Under the pieces are notes generated by a model, which was given only the letters and a program-made list of their open reading frames with translations, was not told where the DNA came from and searched no databases. A stretch of 63,594 nt of DNA, the filler included, from Octopus bimaculoides (taxonomy: Eukaryota): the NCBI RefSeq assembly GCF_001194135.2. It is 10 parts of 8 records of this genome, joined end to end, with 100 filler letters (N's around TTAATTAATTAA, not from the genome) between each part and the next. Parts side by side here need not be neighbours in the genome. Positions count along the whole stretch, not along the records: positions 1 to 17,117 come from NC_069000.1; positions 17,218 to 30,187 come from NC_068981.1; 8 more parts are not named here. The stretch is one strand, 5' to 3'. Position 1 is the first letter of the stretch. The number at the start of each line of letters is the position of its first letter. The translations under genes and the position numbers were made by a program. Positions 13,168 to 25,899 of the stretch are shown here, piece after piece.

Positions 13168-13745
13168 CAGGTAATGCCCAGGTTGCGAAATTTTTTCCCA
13201 CGAGAGTTCCGTACCCCAGTTATGAACTCATTTGTATACAGCCAATCAGAGCTCAACTATCAAATTAATTTATGAGCGCGTAACAAGTGATGGATGATGA
13301 GAAAAGGTCAGTTGGGTAAGGAGTGACCATGCTTCTTTTCTCTTTTAATAATGCTTGTTGTTCTTGTTCTTGTTTCAACCATGGCTGTCTCTGTGTAGTT
13401 ATTTGTGTTGTTGTTTACTTTGTAAAACAGTAAGGGGAGAGAGTTTCTAGCGCATCACCCTCTACCCACATTTTCCCAATCCACATCTTTACCATACCTA
13501 ACAAAATCCAATAATAGGTATAGATGCAAATCTATCTAATTCCTTGTCTCCTTCTAAAATCAGGTATAACTTGGCGATCGGTCAACTTACAACACCGTTC
13601 TTGATCTTGAGTTTACTTAGTAGAGTGTGTTTGTTAACTTGACAACAAGGTCAAGGTGAGCTCTGATTGGTTGTATGCAAATGAGTTCATTACTGGGGTT
13701 TGGAACTCTCCTGGGAAAAATAATTTCGCGCCCGGGTTTACCCTG
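13168..13745. mobile_element. MITE-like element with about 89-bp imperfect TIRs and CAGG(G) termini
   Basis: 13168-13255 is the approximate reverse complement of 13657-13745, e.g. gaactcatttg(t/c)ataca(g/a)ccaatcagagctca. No clear TSD. Confidence 0.75.
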
Positions 13746-13769
13746 ACTTGGCATGGTCAGAAAGCGGTC

Positions 13770-14160
13770 GTAGTTGAAGCTAGCACAATTACGGTGGTGT
13801 TTGGGTTAGCAAGAACTGTGATATTGGTGGTGTTGGTGGTAGTGTTAGCTAGCAATATCACAATTGTGATGGCGGTGTTGGTTTTCGTGATGATAACTAG
13901 CCCTATTGTGGTATAGTAGTTGCTAGCACTGTAGTGGTAGTAATGGAATAATGATAATAGTAAGGTAATGATCATACCTAACATGTGGTAGCTAGCACTA
14001 TAGCGATGATAGCTTGTTCTATAGCGTTGGTAGCTAGCATTATAGTGGTGGTAGCTAGAACTAAAGTGGTGGCTAGAGCGATAATTAACACTGCGATGTT
14101 GGTAGTGGTGATGTCTGGAACTGTAGTGGGGGTGATGGTGGTAGGTACACTTAGTTCACA
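13770..14160. repeat. Degenerate GTG/GTA/GCTAGC minisatellite
   Basis: Recurrent gtagctagcac units. Confidence 0.6.
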
Positions 14161-15286
14161 CCGTGGTGCTCTCCTAGTTGTAATTTATTTATCTAACACT
14201 TAAGACATATATTCAAGTCTTACTGCAGTTCCGAGTGAAATTAACTATCATTAAAAATTAAACCATCTTTCATCCTACCTTTCCTCAGCCTCCTACACTT
14301 AGTTCAGCTCAGCAAAAACATGCGTAGAGATTAACTGGCTATCGAATTAGTGAGTTGATTAGCAATAAATAACAGCAGGGGAGACACTCAAATCCGTGCA
14401 ATATCACAAGGATTTGAGAATCTGATGGTAGTAACGGCTGTTTAGATTTTATCAGCTGTAATTTTGTTTATATCTGTGTGTGTGTGTGTGTGTGTATGCG
14501 TGCGCTCGTCTGTTTGCGTGCATGGTGTATGTAAATATATATGTACGTGTGTGCATGTGTGTGCTTGTGCATGTGTGTGCATACGCTTGTGTGTGAATGT
14601 GTGTGCATATTTGTACATATGTGTATGTGCGTTTATATGCACATACATATATATATACATATTTATACGTGTGTGTGCGTGTATATGTGTATATATTTGT
14701 ACATATGTATTTAGGCGTATATATGCAAATATATGCATATGTATATAGATGTGTATGTGTGTTGTATAATACATATATGTATACACACACATAAACACAC
14801 AGACAAATACACATACACACACACACATATTAAGAGAAAATATGCCAAGAATGGATTTAGATAAATAAAAGGATGATGTACTGAATGACGAAATCCAAAT
14901 TTCTTGTTTTATTTATTATCTGGTAACTTTTAAAGAAAAACGGACATAATTTCAAGATTCTGATCTTTATATACTTTTTCAGACAAAGGAGCAATTGCGT
15001 ACAGGTTTCGCTGGCCTTATCAACGTAGCTAAATTTTCTTCCTCCGTCGATCAGGGAGTAAATTTTTCAAATATTAATTATAATAAATGGTAAAATCATC
15101 ATTAATGATTTTACCCGTTGGTATTTTATAATTATATACATAATTGATATTTTATAATTATATACATAATTATATACATAATTATAACAAGGGATTGGCT
15201 TTACGCCTCACCATGCACTGCAGAAAAAGATGTCAAATGCCATATTACCACCTTAAAATGCCCAATTACCATCTTAAAATCTCCGG

Positions 15287-15714
15287 GCTGTGTGATAAGT
15301 AGCTTGCTTAAAAAAAAATAATAAATGCGCCCTTTTAAAGCCTAGGCAGACTCATGGGCCCGGTTTCCCGGTTTCTATGGCGTATGTGTTCCCCAGCTGG
15401 ACAGGACGCCAGTCCATCGGAGCGTTACTCATTTTTGCCAGCTGAGTGGACTGGAGCAACGTGAAATGAAGTGTTTTACTGAAGAACGCAACGCGTCGCC
15501 CGGCCCAGGAATCGAAACCACAATCTTACGATCATGATGCTGACACCCTAACCACTAAGCCACACGCCTCCACAAGTAGCTTGCTTACCAACCACATAGC
15601 TTCGGGTTCAGTCCGACTGCGTGGCACCTTGGGCAAGTGTCTTCTATTATAGCCTAGGGCCGAATAAAGCCTTGTGAGTGGATTTGGTAGACAGAAACTG
15701 AAAGAAGCCCGTCG

Positions 15715-15747
<33 letters not shown>

Positions 15748-15953
15748 NNNNNNNNNNNNNNNNNNNNNNNNNNNNNNNNNNNNNNNNNNNNNNNNNNNNN
15801 NNNNNNNNNNNNNNNNNNNNNNNNNNNNNNNNNNNNNNNNNNNNNNNNNNNNNNNNNNNNNNNNNNNNNNNNNNNNNNNNNNNNNNNNNNNNNNNNNNNN
15901 NNNNNAGCATGGCCAGAGTCAAACGACTGAAGCAAATGAAAGAATAAAAGAAT
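15287..15953 (+). mobile_element. SINE family B, interrupted by a family D SINE and a gap
   Basis: Head gctgtgtgataagtagcttgctta|ccaaccacat..gggttcagtcc (A/B boxes), internal (TA)(TG)n, tail agcatggccagagtcaaacgactgaagc. Confidence 0.85.
15311..15573 (-). mobile_element. Full-length SINE family D with 14-bp TSD
   Basis: Head gtggaggcgtgtggcttagtggttaggg..ggtttcgattcc; core cacgttgctccagtccactcagctggcaaaaatgagt; TSD AAGTAGCTTGCTTA at 15297-15310 and 15574-15587. Confidence 0.9.
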
Positions 15954-15954
15954 A

Positions 15955-16330
15955 TTACTCTTTTACACGTTTCAAGAATTTCACTGCGGCCATGCAGGAG
16001 CACTGCTTTTAGTCGAAGAAATCAACTCCAGGACTTATTCTTTGTAAGCCTAGTACTTATTCTATCGGAGTCTTTTGCCGAACCGCTAACTTTCGGGGAC
16101 ATAAACACACCAAAATCGATTGTCAAGTGATGGTGGAGGGATAAACACCATTGCTTGACAACCGATGCTGGTATGTTTACGTGCCCGTAACTTAACGGTT
16201 CGGCAAAGCGATCGATAGAATACGTACTAGGCTTACAAAGAATAGTTCTGGGGTCGATTTGTTCGACTAAAGGCGGTGCTCCAGCATGGCCAGAGTCAAA
16301 CGACTGAAGCAAATGAAAGAATAAAAGAAT
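15955..16330. mobile_element. Two family B SINE tails in inverted orientation (15955-16145 -, 16148-16330 +)
   Basis: Each matches the reverse complement of the other. Confidence 0.85.
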
Positions 16331-16647
16331 TTATAATTAATATTTGAAAAATTTACTCCCTGATCGAAACTTGCAGTCTAGATCTTGATACACTACACGA
16401 GAGTAGAAAAGAAAGATGTGAATTCTACTTTCAAGTATATTTCTACGAGTGTGGATGGATATTGGTTATGCGACGTCGCAGCTCGCATTTTGAGATACTC
16501 GTAAATTTATACTATGGAATACCGTCGCTGATGAGAGCAGTAGGTCATATTTCTTTACTTTAAGATTGAAACAGGATCTTGCACGTGGTTAATCGAAAAG
16601 TTGTTGATTCATTATTTTCTTTTGCTCGCCTACAATATAGTGTGTTA

Positions 16648-16960
16648 CTAGCAGTATAGCCCGGCTTTGCCCGGGAATAATTTAGGACTATTAAGCTAAT
16701 CAAGCTCTTTATTTCAAACCAAACTAAGTAACATCGACTTCAAATTTGAGCGAAATCTGTTGAAATTGATAAAATTTTGGCTGAAAATGAGTTGCAGACA
16801 ATAATTTGATTAGGAAATCCCACAAGGAACCGGTTTATCGATTTTTTCCACTCATCGATTGCTTTTTTCTTTTTTTTTTTTTCGTTTTTGGAGAACTTAA
16901 AGCATTCAAAGATCCCATGAGTCCTAAGTAATGCTAGCATCAAGTTTGAACAAAATACAT
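16648..16960 (-). mobile_element. Helitron-type 3' terminus (non-autonomous fragment)
   Basis: Minus strand reads CCCGG-gcaaag-CCGGG hairpin, 8 nt, then CTAG followed by T, which is the canonical Helitron 3' end. The 5' end was not located. Confidence 0.6.
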
Positions 16961-17067
16961 TCCTCGGCGGAATTTGAACTCAAATTATTGGTGAAATGCC
17001 GCTAAGCAATTTTTCCCGGCGCGCTAATGTCTCCGCCAGCTCGCTACAGTCTGCCACCTTGACGAAC

Positions 17068-17117
<50 letters not shown>

Positions 17118-17217
17118 NNNNNNNNNNNNNNNNNNNNNNNNNNNNNNNNNNNNNNNNNNNNTTAATTAATTAANNNNNNNNNNNNNNNNNNNNNNNNNNN
17201 NNNNNNNNNNNNNNNNN
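17118..17217. other. Artificial scaffold spacer 44N-TTAATTAATTAA-44N (first of nine)
   Basis: The 12-mer starts at 17162, 30232, 39247, 42746, 47697, 53337, 57386, 59817 and 62527, each flanked by 44 N; it has stops in all six frames. Confidence 0.97.
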
Positions 17218-17268
<51 letters not shown>

Positions 17269-17280
17269 TTATTTATTTTT

Positions 17281-17445
17281 ATTCTTTTACTTGTTTCAGT
17301 CAATTGACTTCGGCCATGCTGGAGCACCGCTTTTGGTTGTACAAATCGAGGGCTTCTTTCTAAGCCTAGTACTTATTCTATCGGTCTCTTTTGCCGAACC
17401 TCTAAGTTACGGGAACGTAGACACACCAACATCGGTGTGAAGGGA
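17281..17445 (-). mobile_element. SINE family B tail
   Basis: ttcttttacttgtttcagtc..ggccatgctggagcaccgc. Confidence 0.85.
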
Positions 17446-19196
17446 CGTACACACACACATATTTATTTCTTAGCATCAAGTAACCTTTAGATGAGCAGAC
17501 CTATATTCACAGGCATTCCTACCGTGACTATTCCGTGCATTTTTAGAAGTATTTAGGACGACACTGTCTAAAATGACCTTCCCCTTTAAAACGGTAGTGT
17601 ATGATTTAATGAAGAATTGGCTACTACTTCTCAAAGTCCGTAAAACTACGTAGAATTTCACTCATTGGTTCGATATTCGTATATATTTTATCTTGTAAAT
17701 AGTATGGTGCTCAGAACCGTGGAGTAGAAATAGAATTTTAACGCACACGCACACATATATATATATGAACATCATAAGAGACTATGGGAATCATACAGGT
17801 AATCAACAGAATAGGTTTCGATCAAGGGATATCCAAACCAATGGTATGTTCACGGTTATCTGCCCTGTCCCCATTTGGCGCGCGTCCGCACACACACCAC
17901 CCACAAAGATCGTCAACCAGTGTATTTATGCAGTTCGGTTATGTTTTCGGTGTCTTTTTTTCTCCTTAGATGAAGGAAACAGCTTCAGCATTTCTGGACT
18001 AACAAGTGATCCTGTATGTGGTCGCTTGATCGGCTAGAAATAATAGTCAAATCCTTCTCAAAAAGCACTCGTCTTAAATAAAGAAATTTATTGCATAATA
18101 TTTGAGAAAAGTTGGTATGATCATGGCAGGAACGCTCTTAACTATAGGCCTAATTTGATCAAGGCTGACCTGGGATAAACACGCCCTCAACAACTTGGAC
18201 AACAACGCAGATGAAGGGAAGTGGACAGTTTGTCCATAACAGGTCCCTGGGTAAATATTTCTCTCTGGGACTGAAGTGGTTACATCACGTAAACCAGCTG
18301 AATGTCTCGACCCGATTGCTGGCCCTGCGAGCAGTCTCATCTGAATCTACCTCTGAGCAGATGTGTCGTACGGTGACCTCAATTCGACCAAAGTTCTCGA
18401 TCGAACCTCTGTGGAAGCTTCTCACAGATTCCGTTCCTATTCATTCCTAGATAGACTTAGTTACCTGTCTAAGGATAACTTACCTCTCTCAGCCGCTAGG
18501 GTTTCAAAATGGTTGACGAAGCTGTGCTTTTCCTTCTAGCAATGGCATTAAAAAGTACACATACACTCTCACGTCCTAAATAAAAGCTGCACATTGCAAT
18601 GGGTGGTCACAACTGGAACGCTTTTATTTGTCTATTTGTTTGGTCATGGCTGACTGAAGCTAAATAACAGTAACAATGATGAGTACAACATCTCAGTTTA
18701 ATAAGATGGTGGACATCTGCGAAAGATCCTAGGACAAAGATATATATCTCTGAATGGGGATGGATATGTATACGAGTGTGTATATAGAAATAGAGAGAGA
18801 TAAAGAGAAGAGAGAGAGGAGATTAAGAAAGACACAGAGAGTGAGAAATAAACATGATTATGATTTTTCCCCATCTGAATGACTTTTCCAAGGATAGAAC
18901 AGAGCGGAAACAGGTTTATGGAGTCAATTTGCATTTCTGCATCATAATGTATGGAAACCTATAGGTTTCAAAAATATCTATGAAAAACCAACATGATCAA
19001 ACGAACAAATGTACCGAAATTGAAATTGAATATTTATGTATTTTTTTCAAATACTTTCATGTGTGTATAAATGTACAGAATTATGTATTATGCATGATTG
19101 TGTGTGTGTCTATGTGTGCTTAATTATATACAGATATAAATGCATATTTATATGTATACACGTGAATATATATATGTATATGTTTATACATCAAAA

Positions 19197-19249
<53 letters not shown>

Positions 19250-19528
19250 ATATATGTGTGTGTGTGTGTGTGTATATATGTGTGTGTGTGTATATATATG
19301 TATATATATATATATATGTGTATGTATGTATATATGTGTGTGTGTGTGTTTATATATATATAGATATATAGATATGTGTACCTGTATAATCATAAATGTA
19401 TGTTTTTATATGTGCGCATTTATATATGCATATATTCACATATATACCCTTAAGTATATGTATCGATATGAAAGTATATAATGTGTGTATTAATGTATAT
19501 TATATAATATATATTGTATATATGTATC

Positions 19529-19561
<33 letters not shown>

Positions 19562-19876
19562 CAGAAATGAACAAGTGGAAAACGTATTAATACTTCTAAA
19601 TTATTCTTGTCTGTCATGAATTTTTCACCGTGATAATTGCGATTATAAAAACATTCTTGATAACATAATTCTATTATTATTCATTATTAATATTCGCATT
19701 GCTCTTTTCCTTTGCATACACTGTCATGTTTTTTGTCTCCAGGTACACCACATACATTCATATAACGATTACAGCATTCACATGTCTTTCTATCAATACA
19801 ACATACACGCACTTATATATACAAATATGTGCGCTTATATGTATATTTTTGCATGAATGTTTGTACGCACATCTCC

Positions 19877-19934
<58 letters not shown>

Positions 19935-19943
19935 TATACATAC

Positions 19944-19974
<31 letters not shown>

Positions 19975-20298
19975 GTGTTTGTGTGTATACATTAGCATAT
20001 GTATCTGTATTGTATTCTGATGGTTTTCATTAAGTTAGTAATCCTATTAAAGAGTAATTCACAACAGCGAATATGTGACGTGAAATATGACTGTATGTCT
20101 ACATTTATTTGTCTGTGTGTGTATGTGTGTGTGTGTGTGGAAAGTTCCTTTCGGGAACGATAGATCTCGAACTGGATAATGCTATAAATAGTAGGTTGTA
20201 AATATTTGGTTAAAAACAATCTGGATAGAGAAAGTCGAAGAGTGGCCCTGGGACTCGAACCCTAAACATTCCTATCACCTGTAAACATGACATCGACA

Positions 20299-20348
<50 letters not shown>

Positions 20349-20394
20349 GACAAAATCAGCGTGACACAATTGTAGCTTTTAATTTACAAGTATA

Positions 20395-20820
20395 ATCCAT
20401 CCAACGGGCTTCTATAAAGTTTCTGTTTACCCAGTTTCTCTCAAAGGATGTGAAAGAACCGAGGCTATAGAGAATAGTATATGACTAAGGTTTTTAGCTG
20501 TAGAATCGAACACTGGACTTTGTGCTTGCGAAGCGAACTGTTTAACCATTTGACCATGCTTCAGCTGCAAAAAATGTGTTGGGGGTATATTTTTATACAT
20601 CCATGCAGACAATATTGGCTACCAGTTTTAGCACAGGACCAGCAATTACCGGGAAGGGGATAATATCGATTACATCTATCCCAGTGTTCAACTGGTACTT
20701 ACTTTATCGACCCCGAAACGAGAAAGGGCAAATTCGACCTCGGTGGTATTTGAACTCAGAGCGGACATGCCACCAAGCATTTTGTCTGGCATTCTAACGG
20801 TTCTGCCAGCTCGCCACGTT
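20395..20820 (-). mobile_element. Degenerate family B SINE head (20395-20560) and family M SINE (20620-20820)
   Basis: Similarity to other copies in the window. Confidence 0.75.
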
Positions 20821-22599
20821 ATACATGCATATAATATTGTTCAGAATGACACTGGTATATATATCTAATCGATATATGGAAGACAATATTGAAATAACCT
20901 TTGTCTTGCCATTAGATGGACTGATATTCTAAGAATGAAAATGCTTGAAAATAGTGACTTGGCAGAAGACTATGGGGACCACTGCTTGCCAAGACTAGGT
21001 GTACACATATTTCCACAAACTTTCTCAGCCATCTATTCTAAGACTATGTTAAGTCCAACAAGACAGTGGAACAGAACGTAGATGAAAAGATGGGAGTGCA
21101 GGAATGTATCAAACATTTCATGCAGCTCTGCTTTACAAAGTACGACACCACTTTAAAAACCTTATGTCAGTATGGCTCAATTAAAAAAGTCATTCAATTC
21201 TGTTTCCCACTTAAAACTGCTGAAGGCACCGCACTTGGCAAAATCATATACTGTCTTGAACTCAAAAAGTCATGATCAAAAAGTCATGATCAACCAATCG
21301 AACAACTGTCTTTAGTGTTATATATATTCTAAGCAAACCGTCTGCATATTTTGACTTTGCATTTTGGTAGGTTGTGTTATAACTTACAACAGCAAACGTA
21401 GTCTATAATTTCTTTGTGGACAATCAAATGATCTGCTGAGTTTAGTAACATTTTCACCTGATATAGGACTGGGATTTAGCCAAAAGAAATTTTCAGTTCG
21501 ATAGTTGAATGCATAAAATCTATTTTTCCGTACACAATACTTTTACACAAACGGTCACTCTCTCTCTCTCATACAAAGAGAGCTACATATTCCAAGCTAT
21601 TGCTGAAAATATATCATAAAAAGTTTCTGATAATAAAAATTGCACCTGACTTTAAGAAGTATGGCAGCCAGAACTTTCCTAATACAAGACAATACTCTAA
21701 AATACAGTTGCTGTTAAGTACAGATGCCAACATCTAGAATGGAAATCTACTTCATAGATTTTAAAACTTACAGAATTCTGAATTTAACTGGATAGTTCTG
21801 CAAACAACAGTGATATTGACAAGTTCGGTCTCAGAAGAAAAATAAAACATGAGGTCATTACTGACACGCTTTTTGTGTGATGATCTATCAGACAGTATTC
21901 GCTAAAAATAAATACATCGACCAAGTGTTCGAAACTGAAAAGTACAACGCTCTATTGCTCAATAGTAAACTCATCAAGTACTCAATTCTTGATAAGCACC
22001 ACCTCCTCTTTAAAAAAAAGACCTGGAAAAAAACACTGCGCACCAAACGAAGTTATTGGTATGTCTCAAGTAAACTTGAAGATGATGCTTATATTTACAT
22101 GTCCTTTACACTTCTTCACATTTCAAAGATTATTCATTTATGTGACCCAAATGCGAAAGTTAGCTACAAAGTATCTCATGAATAAAAGTGACAGGGAAGT
22201 TTTTAACTCCACAAGGTGCAATCACAAATTTCCATATGTAATATCTTCAATAGAAATCTTGCATTTCTACGGAAGATATTACACGTGTGTTCTAAAGCTG
22301 CACAAAAAATATCATTAAAGTTATGTTGCTATTGTTAACACAATATACAATACCATCTGTATGAAATACTATTCTGGGACAGATATAGGCTACAGCACTG
22401 CTATTGAGTACAAACATAGGTTTTAACATAAGGCACATTGGTGGATTCTTGCCAACGAATTTTCCATCATGTACAAACACGTGTCTGATAACTTCGATAT
22501 GTTTCAGCCAAAGATTGGTGCAGGTGATGTCTAACTTAATAACACCCCATGACAGGATCGATTTACTCAGTCATTTGTAAGTCAAGGTTTGTGCTATCA

Positions 22600-22960
22600 T
22601 GGCCCATTCAGGTAGGGAATTGTTGGTGACTGAGATGTATGCAGGTATAGCTGGCTTATCTGATATCTCTTGAAGGAATTAGTCCAGGTTTCGTCTGAGG
22701 ATGAGATTTTTTTTCTTTGAATTGTTTTGGGACAATATTAAATAGGGCAGGACCTGCTGAGGAAAAGAAACTGTGCTACAGTGAATTTATATGTTGTGAG
22801 CCTGAATTGTGTAGGAAACGTATGGCATGTGTCTCCCAGTCTCGGATGAATTCTGAAACTAATTGTAGGGTCGTTTGGATAATGCTGGTGGTATATTCTC
22901 CACATTGTGCAAATGATGTAGCACTCACGGCGGCGCTAATCAAATAATGTGCTATCATTT
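22600..22960 (-). mobile_element. CR1-like LINE ORF2 C-terminus fragment
   Basis: PNDPTISFRIHPRLGRHAI..SFFSSAGPALFNIVPKQ..FLQEISDKPAIPAY..NNSLPEW. Confidence 0.7.
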
Positions 22961-23699
22961 TATGTATCTACCCTCATGTATATACTTGCATATCTAGATA
23001 TGCTCATAGATGATAAGAGTAGCCCTGCAGATGATAACATTTCTCAAATTCAATGCAAATGAGAATATTTATGGTCAACTGCTTTAAATGTGCAGCATCT
23101 TACTCAAATCAGAATTCACATTTGTGCCTATGAGTATTATTACATTCGGCTGTTTTAGTGAGGATAGGCACGTGACATTCTCGAAAAACAAGTGTTTTCT
23201 AGCAAAGAAAGTGATCAGCTAATACGCATTTTACAAATCCAGTTTGTAACTGGAACAACAGAAATATGCAAGCATTGTTTAAATTTCATCTGTGACAGCT
23301 CATTGTTTTTTAAGATTTCTGTGATGGTGCTCTGTTTCTGTGTTACAACGTAGTCCTTTCCTTAAACGAAATATTCAGATGACTAAAAAATATATGAATA
23401 AATAAGTACATAAATAATTAACTATATAAAAGGGAAGATGGCGAACGTGCATACGAACGTGCTTAAAATAAAGTAGGATGGGTACAGGATTGGAGAGATG
23501 TATGTAGTACAACCTGACATGTACCTCCCTCTGATGTAGATGGAAGATCCTAGCATACATAACAAGAAATTAAAGCATTTCAATGAGAAATTTGTATGTG
23601 GCTGATTGAAACTAAAATCATGAACGACAGTGCGAAGATAGCATAATAATGCTTCGCATGTCATACTGACATGCTTTAACAGCTCCATTTGAAGGTTAA

Positions 23700-24500
23700 C
23701 ACTATGTAATTCAAGGAATTTTATCAAGTACCTTCAACAGAAAATGGGGAAAAAATCATCAGTTGACAGCGAATGCAAGACATGCGAAACCTGAACAGAA
23801 GACAGAGCCACATCCTTACCAATTGGGAGAGATCTCCGACAAGATACTACGTTGCCATAAGACGTGCTTATCGTAAACAGTGAAATCTGGAATAGAATAA
23901 GGAATAAGATTTGATATGAAACGAGATGGTTCAAGTCCTTTTCTTCTTTCTTTTATGTGGAGAGTTTTAAGTTAAAATAAACTGCAAGTTTTCAAAACTA
24001 ATAAGATTGTTTAAATACAGTATATGGAGTAGTCGAAATTTTTGTCCGTAGATTGTAAATCTATTCTCGTGTTTTTTTTGTTTTGTAGAACATATTAAAT
24101 AGCAAATTTGAAGATGCATAAGATATGTTAAAACTTTGAAATGTATATGATAAAACAAAGTAAGATAAGATGTTGGGTTCATACCTCAAAAATACAGAGC
24201 ATAAAAATCACCATAAATGAAGATAAACCATGGAGGATCCTAAAACTAAAATAGCAAATGTAATAAAACACAAGAGATTCGATATCGTTGTTTGGGATCA
24301 CAAAAAGAAACATGATCCCTTTTTGTTTTTATTGGCAATCAACTGCATACTTGAGATCGGTAAAAGAAAATAAAGGAGAAAGGTAACATCTTTGGAGCAT
24401 GTATATGACCCATTTGGGTTTATGCCAGTTATTTTAAAAGTAACAGGATACGTACCAACCCGTCGAAATTAAAATATGGTTGAAGGTGAATTCGTGAGGG
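23700..24500 (+). mobile_element. RLE-type non-LTR retrotransposon relic
   Basis: CKTCET*TED..HILTN, RYYVAIR, KHKRFDIVVWD, KIKEK, FMPVILKVTGYVP. Confidence 0.7.
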
Positions 24501-24642
24501 GAGAAAAAGACGAGGCTCCATAATTCATTCACTACGGGTGACCGCCTTATTTGGAACAACAAAACTAATATTTAAGAACTGACTGGTTGTGCAAAGAATG
24601 GTGAACAGAACAAGACACGAATTATTTTATTTCTTCGTTTCT

Positions 24643-24696
<54 letters not shown>

Positions 24697-24859
24697 TGCA
24701 ACATTTTTTATAACTTTTCCACGTAGTAGATGGGTGTTAAAATTTACTCGAAAATTCCAGTCCAGAAGAGAAACGCCATACACGCTCGCACAGAAAAACA
24801 TACACACACACATGCATACAAACATACATGCATAATACATACATACATATATACATAAC

Positions 24860-25165
24860 TGGTGCTCTATCGGTTACGACAACGAGTGCCCCAGCTGATA
24901 CAATCAGCCGAACAGCCTGCTCATGAAATTAATGTACAAAAGGGACTGCACGGACACGCATACCTTTAACGTGATTCTCAGGGAGATTCAGCGTGAGAGA
25001 GAATGTTACAAGAATGGCCCTTTGTATTACAGGTACTCCTCATTTTTACCAGATGAGTGGACTAGAGCAATATGAAATAAACCGTCTTGTTCACGGATGC
25101 AACACACTACTGGGAATCGAATTTACAACCTTACGATCTTGAGACGAATACCCTAACCGCTACAT
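24860..25165 (-). mobile_element. SINE with a family D head and core plus a family O tail
   Basis: Core attgctctagtccactcatctggtaaaaatgag joined to tail gagcaggctgttcgg..gtcgtaaccga. Confidence 0.75.
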
Positions 25166-25214
25166 ACATATATACGATTCGTATCTCGTACATTCATACA
25201 TTGCCTAATTACCA

Positions 25215-25530
25215 CTTTTGAGAAATTTAGACTTCTCAAAACCAGAAAGGAGAAAGCTAATTCGAAGACTACAGATCCAACCCATCACTGGAACTGTAAA
25301 GATCTGTAAAAATTTATCATTTAAATCTATATTAGCATGTCTAGATATACAAGTATATGTATGAGAATACATACATAAAACAAAACATACAGATCCGCAC
25401 CTATACAAACAAAAATACTCTGTTGTTGATGTTGAAATTTCAGGGAAGGAGCGTTGGATCTAGGTTAGAAACCGGCTCTTTCTCTATTGGCAAGAAATCT
25501 TGAAATAAAACTGAACAATGACATACATAC
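25215..25530 (+). mobile_element. 3' end and UTR of the RLE element family seen at 4970
   Basis: LIRRLQIQPITGTVKICK; UTR ttggatctaggttagaaa..gcaagaaatcttgaaataaaactgaa followed by (TACA)n. Confidence 0.85.
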
Positions 25531-25899
25531 ATATGTATATAACATATTTTACAAATATGAATTAACCGAACCTGAAGAGAAAAGCATCTTATGGTTTGTA
25601 AAGCTCAAGAATTACTTGGTTGCCACTGACTCAATCCCATGATTCACTAGAATTTCTTAATAAGCGGACCTCGACAATCACCTGAACGATAAACACTCTG
25701 CCCACTTCACAAATAAATGCTATTTTTCCTGTAACTTTGTGGATCATGCTTATATCGACAGGAAGTGTAGCCAGCCTTAGATTCGTGACCGTACATCAGG
25801 TCACATTTTGAAGGTTATAGTTTTAGTGATCCAAAAGCATAGGAGCGCTTCAAATTATCAATTGAACAAAAGAAACAACGACCTCTTAAAACCTCACGA

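Larger units (their letters stand above)
15052..16362. mobile_element. Unclassified TIR element carrying nested SINEs
   Basis: Perfect 36-bp inverted repeat 15048-15083 / 16331-16366; CAGGG..CCCTG termini flanked by AT on both sides. Confidence 0.65.

Noticed and set aside
20840-22450. 1.6 kb of non-repetitive, decayed coding-like sequence
   Set aside because: All frames are broken and I could not match convincing motifs; probably an old TE. The same holds for 18074-18460, 33050-33560 and 35150-35640.
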